Below are positions 1 through 5,572 of a DNA stretch of 5,572 nucleotides, piece after piece. A model generated the notes under the pieces. That model saw only the letters and a program-made list of their open reading frames with translations. It did not search any database and was not told the origin of the DNA. The first letter of the stretch is position 1. Every line of letters begins with the position of its first letter. A program made the translations under genes and the position numbers. Source of the DNA: Amoeboradix gromovi X-113 (Eukaryota; Fungi; Sanchytriomycota); assembly GCA_018985225.1 (NCBI GenBank), contig JADGIF010000644.1:1-5572 (forward strand). Direction: 5' to 3'.

Positions 1-163
1 ATATTTGAAAGAGATGCAGGGTCTTCTAGTTTTATTTTAAAAAGAGGAATACAATCAATGAAAGAAAACTGGTATAATAGAAGATCTTTTATTAATGATA
101 TCCTCCGTATGGAGCACCTTCTTTAAAAACGAGTTAGTCTAGTTTTTATATTTGGTGTCCCAA
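1..163 (+). repeat. Left arm of a long inverted repeat (partner 5398-5560); probably truncated by the window edge
   Basis: Base i pairs with base 5561-i for i=1..163. The only mismatches are at 10, 29, 140 and 156 (159/163 identical). Weak similarity persists to about 173 (CAATCTTTTAGAA vs CAACAGTTTTGAA). Confidence 0.97.
135..162 (-). repeat. 28-bp motif, copy L (TGGGACACCAAATATAAAAACTAGACTA), at the inner end of the left arm
   Basis: Ungapped 22/28 match to 4938-4965; shares a perfect 14-mer TAAAAACTAGACTA with 5011-5038. Confidence 0.8.
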
Positions 164-335
164 TCTTTTAGAACAAATATCACAAAAAGATAGTGTCACT
201 CGTGTAGAACGTCTCTTAATTTGCCGTCAATACTTTGGGCCTCAAGCTGTTGCCAGTTTTTCTTTTTTCGTTCTAAACTCGGGAATAAGCAAAACCAAAG
301 TTTTCGTAGCCGGAGTTACACCAGCTTCCTGTTAA
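138..335 (+). CDS. Possible terminal exon of an unknown protein (65 codons, no ATG): SSFYIWCPNLLEQISQKDSVTRVERLLICRQYFGPQAVASFSFFVLNSGISKTKVFVAGVTPASC*
   Basis: Stop-free frame between TAG 135-137 and TAA 333-335, in the same register as the open frame at 5423-5175 in the other arm. No recognisable domain. Confidence 0.25.
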   Translation, partial: SSFYIWCPNLLEQISQKDSVTRVERLLICRQYFGPQAVASFSFFVLNSGISKTKVFVAGVTPASC

Positions 336-692
336 AGTCACTTAAACTACCCTTTTTGCTACGTTTTTAACCACCATCACCTTAGCAATTCAGTTTTCAT
401 CAGAATCCCTGTTTAACATCGTATTTCATATCATAGCCAGTAAATTTCCCAGATCAAGCTCTCAATAGATCAAATTTAAGGTTTTTGTAAGATATTATAG
501 TCTTTAAGAACGAAAATTCTTCATTTTCTGGAATTTTCTATCCTAGAATGTTGAGTGTAGTCAGTATTGCTGTTAATTTCTACATACCAACTCGCTTTCC
601 TTATATTTGTATTCACGCATAAATTAGATAACCTATGCCCGATCAAGTCTTGTATATCTTACACTTAAGGCAATTTTATTATCTAAGCAATA

Positions 693-698
693 TTTATT
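693..698 (-). terminator. AATAAA polyadenylation signal of the DUF4451-like gene
   Basis: AATAAA on the minus strand, 9 nt downstream of the TAG at 710-708. Confidence 0.55.
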
Positions 699-707
699 AT
701 GTTATAA

Positions 708-1429
708 CTATGATTGATGGCACTTTTGTACATGTTTATTCCAAAGAATGCCCTCTGAAAACTTTTGATTATGAACAACTTGAATCCAAGCACTACAGAT
801 ATGGCATCTGCCGAATGATTTACCACTAATCTTTTTCTGCTCTATTGGGGAATTATAAGGTCTTCCAGTCGCTGATGAGATTCCGTGTGTTATATTAGAA
901 TGATACCAGTATTGACTGATCTTGATTTTAAACCAAGAGGGATCTTTGCATATCCTGCAGAGTCCTTCTTTTATTTTTCCTTTTCCTCTAGTGTATATAG
1001 GAGTATATAGGTCTCTATTTGATTTTTTAGATTGCCCCAGGCCTTTTAAAAATGGCAGCGTACTATGATACTGGCCTGACTCTTCAGCAAGTGCATCTAA
1101 CGGGTGTTCAAATCGCCCCGCATCCTCAATATTTGTTGGAGAGGATTCTTGGGCTTCGATAATTTCGATCTGAGGTATATATTTTTCAAGCTCTAAATTA
1201 TTATTTTTCTCATATTGCACTAAATGACATCTTGCAACGTAGCATAAACTCTCCATTCGTTGATCTGCGTGTCCTACTGAGTTATTTGAGGGTTCTTTGC
1301 TGTTAAATCCAAGTGACATGGCCTGTACGGTTAAGTCGGCATATGGAATGCGTTTTTGGTGGCTTACGATCCACATGCTAAATAGAAGTTTAAATGGTGT
1401 TACTCATAGTTATGCATGCGTCGCTGCAT
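708..1429 (-). CDS. DUF4451 / transcription regulator Rua1 C-terminal-like Cys/His protein. Main exon 1377-708 (track ORF 708-1376, 222 aa); probable first exon 1429-1404, giving about 231 aa
   Basis: The C-terminal half DLYTP...RGKG..KEGLCRIC...WFKIKISQYWYH..ITHGISSATGRPY..P...GRCHICSAWI...W.KH.QKCH matches my recollection of the fungal DUF4451 (Rua1_C) pattern. The upstream ATG at 1429 follows an A-run and joins in frame through a 26-nt GT..AG intron. The start position is less certain than the domain call. Confidence 0.8.
1378..1403 (-). other. Probable 26-nt spliceosomal intron GTAACACCATTTAAACTTCTATTTAG
   Basis: GTAA donor and TTAG acceptor. Removal fuses MQRRMHNY-D to MWIVS... in frame and removes an in-frame TAA. 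Confidence 0.55.
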
Positions 1430-1502
1430 ATTTTTTGATTATTTCTCGGCGGCGCAATGCTTCAATTACTTAAAAAGATATCTGAAAGTTCCTAGCAATT
1501 AG

Positions 1503-1508
1503 TTTATT
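1503..1508 (-). terminator. AATAAA polyadenylation signal of NEO1
   Basis: AATAAA 10 nt downstream of the corrected stop TAG at 1521-1519. Confidence 0.6.
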
Positions 1509-1518
1509 GTCTGGTTAG

Positions 1519-4500
1519 CTATGAATGTTCGCTCAATTTCACGTAACTGGCGGGTGCGAATTTCTTTTTAAGCCTCTTCAATACAAACAGCGGTATACAA
1601 CTTGATGCCGTCAATATTGCGGTCTTCCATATAAATGTCCACGTAGATAAGTATCTTAGTTCTACGTTAATAAAAAATTACTGAAGTCAGGCAAACATAA
1701 CATTGCTACAATATAGACAATCACGCTAGCCACTTCTGCAATGACCATGAATCTATGCCACGTATTTATTTCTAATGCCACCATGATCAATTCATTAAAT
1801 ATCAGCGCTGTAAACGTTATAGCGACAATGTGAATGAATTCGTTTTCAAACAAATACAGAGCAAATAGCATAATAATCCCGCCTTGATATATAGATATAA
1901 CCGTCCATATAAGAAATGTTTTAACGCTTAGTATTCTACCTTTTACCAAGTCTTTATACAACTCAGGATACTCTAACGCTAATTCAGGAGATACATCCTG
2001 ATCTAGTACCAAAGAGAATACAGGCCACATAGTAAACACAGTAGAGTACCCTACTAGTAGTATACCTTGATATAGAGCGATCGGAGCGAAGAAGAACAAA
2101 GAACTAAAAACTGCCTGTAAGAATGAAATTATCAACCCACGATGTATAACGAACTGACTTAGTTTTGCAGTTCTTTTATAACAGCATCTTCCGTGCCATA
2201 ACAACAATCTGGTTATATGACTAAACTGGGTTATTGAGAAATCCGCTGCCAGTGATGCTTGCTTACCTTCTTTTCCTACTATTCCAATGCCACAATGTCC
2301 CGTTTGTATCATTCCTACATCATTGCCACCGTCTCCGATGGCAGCAACCCTCTTTTTAGTAAAATCCATAATCAATTTCGTAACATCTGCTTTCTGAGTT
2401 GGACTACATCTACAACAAACTACAGCCGATAATTCAACTGCTCTGCTTACAAATTCATATTTTATATGGTCTAAGCATGTCTGCAATGACTGGCCATCTA
2501 TAACAAGGCAATAACTATTATTATCATCAATCTTTCTTAATAAATCTATACAATCATTAGGAGACACTAGCTTATTTAGCACCAGCATCTCTTGATCTCT
2601 GCTGCATAGTCTGCTTGACGTAGCTATCGTTTCAGCAGTTTCTATCTTATCACCCGTTAGCATCCATATCTTTATTCCTGCTTCTCTCAATGTTTCCAGC
2701 GTATGTTTAACATTCTCTTGAAGTTTATCTTCTACTCCTGTCAGTCCTATTAGCTCCATTTGCTTGGATATAAAATCAAACACTTTATTAGTTTGTGTTT
2801 GCCTATCAGGACTCAGTTGTGCTGCAATGTATCTCTCTTGAAATAACCTGTATAGCTTATCGTCTAAGGGTCGCTTAGCTATTGCCAAAACCCTGAGTCC
2901 TTCTCTTGCCATGTTCATTGTCTCTTCTTCTAGCCAGTCAGTTGGATTCACAAGCTTAGCCATGACAGCATCTGCGCCCTTAACGTAGAGAGTGATTTGA
3001 CCGTCCAAGGTGTCTTGCACTACTATGCCCATTCTTTTAGACTCGCTTGTGAAAGGAAACAGCTGTAATATTTTAAAAATACGAATACCGTCGTTTGTCT
3101 TGATATGTATCTCACTCATATCTCTATGTACTAATAGAAATCCTATAAGTTCGGTAAACTGTACTATAGCAATCTCATCTGGGCTGCTAGCTTGGTATGT
3201 CACTTGATTGAATTCACTTATACTAGGGGTAACATTGTGGCATACGCATAGTGCTAATATCAAATCTAATGCTTTGGATTTGTTAGTGTTGGAAAGCTCA
3301 TCAAATGTATCCGTAGTGTAGGCAACATGTCCTAGATGAAGCTTCTTAAGCTCCATCTCATTTCGAGTCAGCGTTCCTGTTTTGTCACTTAAAAGATACT
3401 CTATCCTACCAAGTTCCTCTGGCAAGTGACTTGTACGGACAACAGTGTCTTTGATTTCTTGGTCTCTTTGTATACTGTATGTATAATAAGTCTTTGCCAT
3501 GTCCAAATTGACTCTCAAACTTATAGGTATGATCGAAGAGAATAAAATCATAAATCTAGTAATCAATATGTACCACTCAGATTGGTTAGCACTGAATAAA
3601 AACATAACAAGTGATAGAAGCAGTGTAAAAATAAACAGCATTTTAGATAAATAGTTCAGCTCCAAATCACATATACCAATCTTGTTTTGAGGCAATTTGG
3701 TGTTAAGCATAGATTTGGTATCTTTGCCGGTATATAAAACCAGGCCATAAACTGTGGTGTTGCTAGCAACTATAGTGTTAGCCCATAGAGTGTTATCAAT
3801 ATTTAGTGGGATGGAAGAGTTATTGCTATTGAAATTCTTCATTTCAATATCATTTGGACTAGGCTTAGGAGATGTGCTGGAGTCTAATTTATCAATGCTC
3901 ATACTACCAAAAAAACTATATAAATCTTTGTGAGGTTCTTCATAACTTACTTTGATGTACTTACACTGAAATAACGGGATGTTCTGGCTATAGGAACTTG
4001 GAACCTTTAATTTCCAATCTGTCTCACCATCTAACTGGTCTGTACGGATAAACATTGATTCGTTTTGATCAGGAATAGATTTGTGATCTTTGGAATTATC
4101 TATACATTTAACTAGTAACACATCACAAGGGACTCTCGAATTTTTAGTTAGCTGCACTACATCACCAACTTTTAGTTTACTAGATGGCTTTATGACAAAA
4201 GAGGTACTCTGATCTTCAATGTGATCTTTGTGAGAGTCCACCACTTTATATAGTTCTTTGTTCAATTCTTGGTCTCTCCTAGCTCTTTTTAAATCATCTA
4301 AAGCTTCTTTTGACATAGTTATCAACAAAACAAAACATAGTGGACCAAAGTAAGTAATTAAATATCCAATACGTAAAACTGGGATTAATTGTGATAGCGC
4401 TACCAGAAGAAAATAAAGATTGAAAAACATCTTAAATTGTTCAAATAGAATCTTTGGCAAAAATGAATAAATTGTGTATTTAGTATTCGATATTCCATTC

Positions 4501-4637
4501 GGAGGAGATTTATAGACGCTAATTATATCAATAGTAGATGTTCTATCTGATCTATGGTGAGTATTGGTAGTATAATCTGGATAGTCTGAATGGAAGAAAT
4601 AACAAAAACGATCACCAGTACTATTTTTACTACCCAT
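1519..4637 (-). CDS. NEO1: P4-type ATPase phospholipid flippase, Neo1/ATP9 subfamily; join(4637..1682,1661..1519), 1032 aa from the first ATG
   Basis: Motifs: SNTKY..F.P..LFEQFK.FFNLYFL.VALSQ.IP.LRIGY; TDQLDGETDWKL (actuator DGET); IIPISLRVNLD; DKTGTLT phosphorylation site (Asp codon 3386-3384); QASSPDE; FPFTSESKRMG; TGDK; CCRCSPTQKA; IGDGGNDV. The second exon gives KLRYLSTWTFIWKTAILTASSCIPLFVLKRLKKKFAPASYVKLSEHS*, i.e. the last TM helix and the P.SY.KL tail typical of Neo1/ATP9. The track start at 4661 is a TTG; the first ATG is at 4637. Confidence 0.96.
1662..1681 (-). other. 20-nt spliceosomal intron GTAATTTTTTATTAACGTAG (phase 1) in NEO1
   Basis: GTAA donor, TTAAC branch-like motif and TAG acceptor. 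It contains the in-frame stop that ends the track ORF, and its removal restores 47 C-terminal residues including the conserved tail. Confidence 0.85.
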
Positions 4638-4937
4638 AAGGAGGCAAATCAAGAGTTTCAATTCTCAAATAATTGAGACACACTGCATGAAATGTAAACT
4701 CAATGATAGCAAAGGTAGACACCAGAAGAAAAAGAGATGTTGGGTTCTTAGAAGAGCTGACCTCGCCGATAAGTTCCCAAAATTATGTTGAGAAATCTAA
4801 TTTGACTGTTACAATTAGTAAAATCATCACCATCATCAACAAATTCAATAATGATTTATTTGAGCTATAGACGGCTTTTTAGTAGCAACATTCGCTGCCA
4901 ATATAAATTGCGATTGCTGAGAAGGTAATAAGACAAA

Positions 4938-4967
4938 TGGGACACACTCTGTAAAAACTACACTAGG
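4938..4967 (+). repeat. Direct repeat copy 1 / motif copy D1 (TGGGACACACTCTGTAAAAACTACACTAGG)
   Basis: 4946-4967 matches 5019-5040 at 21/22 positions; period 73 nt. Confidence 0.9.
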
Positions 4968-5010
4968 GGTAAAAAGCGGATGACAAGATAAAGCTAATTG
5001 AAGTTTTTTC

Positions 5011-5040
5011 TGGACAATACTCTGTAAAAACTAGACTAGG
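5011..5040 (+). repeat. Direct repeat copy 2 / motif copy D2 (TGGACAATACTCTGTAAAAACTAGACTAGG)
   Basis: 21/22 core match to copy 1; 14-bp perfect match to the motif in the left inverted-repeat arm. Confidence 0.9.
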
Positions 5041-5127
5041 AGTTGTTTCATGGATTTTACAACAGAGAATGTCACAAATATAAATCTATAGAACATAGTT
5101 CAAATATATTCATATTAACAATATTTA

Positions 5128-5423
5128 TTAAATTTGTAAATATCCAGCACGAATCAATGAAGCATAAACGTTTGCTATAGTATCTTTAGTATACTGTACC
5201 TCAATGATTTCCAATTTGAAATTATTTGAAAATGAACAGATTTTGTAGCATCCACATAACTATCAAACTGATAAACTGTAATACCAATTTTATGCATAAA
5301 GTCCACAATGCATAATGAGATATCCAAGTAATTCAATTCAGATAAACCATTTTCTGTACAAAATTCAGTAATTCTGGCTCTGTTAACTTCAAAACTGTTG
5401 GGACCCCAAATATAAAAACTTGA
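5128..5423 (-). CDS. Possible 3' part of an unknown protein gene: 82-codon open frame 5423-5175 (SSFYIWGPNSFEVNRARITEFCTENGLSELNYLDISLCIVDFMHKIGITVYQFDSYVDATKSVHFQIISNWKSLRY...), possibly spliced to TNVYASLIRAGYLQI*
   Basis: Long stop-free frame for AT-rich DNA. Candidate 20-nt intron at 5194-5175; the final TAA (5130-5128) overlaps AATAAA (5129-5124). No recognisable domain, and the exon structure is ambiguous. Confidence 0.35.
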
Positions 5424-5560
5424 CTAACTCGTTTTTAAAGAAGGTGCTCCATACGGAGGATATCATTAATAAAAGATCTTCTATTATACCAGTTTTCTTT
5501 CATTGATTGTATTCCTCTTTTTAAAATAAAAGTAGAAGACCCTGCATCTCGTTCAAATAT
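5398..5560 (-). repeat. Right arm of the long inverted repeat (partner 1-163); contains motif copy R at 5399-5426
   Basis: Reverse complement matches 1-163 with 4 mismatches. The remaining 12 nt (5561-5572) have no partner inside the window. Confidence 0.97.
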
Positions 5561-5572
5561 ATGAGGTCTTTG

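Noticed and set aside
103-143. Small hairpin CTCCGTATGGAG followed by CTAG|T, resembling a Helitron 3' end
   Set aside because: The stem is weak and too far from CTAG, the other arm has CAAG, and homology continues about 20 bp beyond the CTAG.
148-500. Minus-strand frame interrupted mainly by TGA codons (possible UGA=Trp or organellar insert)
   Set aside because: Trp in the two real genes is always TGG, the frame needs an intron to stay open, and the read-through peptide resembles nothing I recognise.
635-829. 64-aa plus-strand ORF from the track
   Set aside because: Largely antisense to the conserved 3' end and poly(A) region of the DUF4451-like gene, with no recognisable motif; shadow ORF.
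3010-3207. 65-aa plus-strand ORF from the track
   Set aside because: GTG start and wholly antisense to the NEO1 nucleotide-binding domain; shadow ORF.
4638-4661. Track start of the ATPase (MKLLICLL)
   Set aside because: The codon at 4661 is TTG; in a eukaryote the first ATG (4637) is more likely. An upstream exon cannot be excluded, but I found no clean join.
4703-4870. 55-aa plus-strand ORF (MIAKVDTRRKRDVGF...) divergent from NEO1
   Set aside because: Short, with no recognisable motif or independent support; cannot be distinguished from chance.
4946-5040. Two 22-bp direct repeats with a 51-nt spacer resembling a minimal CRISPR array
   Set aside because: Only two units, eukaryotic context and no cas genes; the repeat is better explained as part of the motif shared with the terminal inverted repeats.
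4691-5506. Plus-strand frame free of TGA for about 270 codons but rich in TAA/TAG, hinting at a UAR=Gln code
   Set aside because: The ~990-codon NEO1 exon and the DUF4451 ORF contain many Gln codons and no internal TAA/TAG, and both genes end in TAG followed closely by AATAAA, so the standard code fits.

Overview
AT-rich (roughly one-third GC by eye), very compact eukaryotic DNA, most likely from a fungus or fungal relative (inference from gene content). Two minus-strand genes are recognisable. One is a Neo1/ATP9-type P4-ATPase lipid flippase whose conserved C-terminus is only recovered by removing a 20-nt GT..AG intron (1662-1681). The other is a DUF4451/Rua1-C-like Cys/His protein, probably with a short upstream exon behind a 26-nt intron. 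The window is bracketed by a 163-bp inverted repeat (1-163 / 5398-5560, 4 mismatches). Homology between the arms stops at a 28-bp motif (TGGGACAC-N6-TAAAAACTAGACTA), which recurs twice more at 4938-4965 and 5011-5038, with a degenerate inverted copy at 5055-5076. Reading inward through the motif, both arms open the same reading frame (SSFYIWxPN) and then continue into unrelated 65- and 82-codon tails. No transposase or recombinase is visible in the window, so the mechanism is unresolved.
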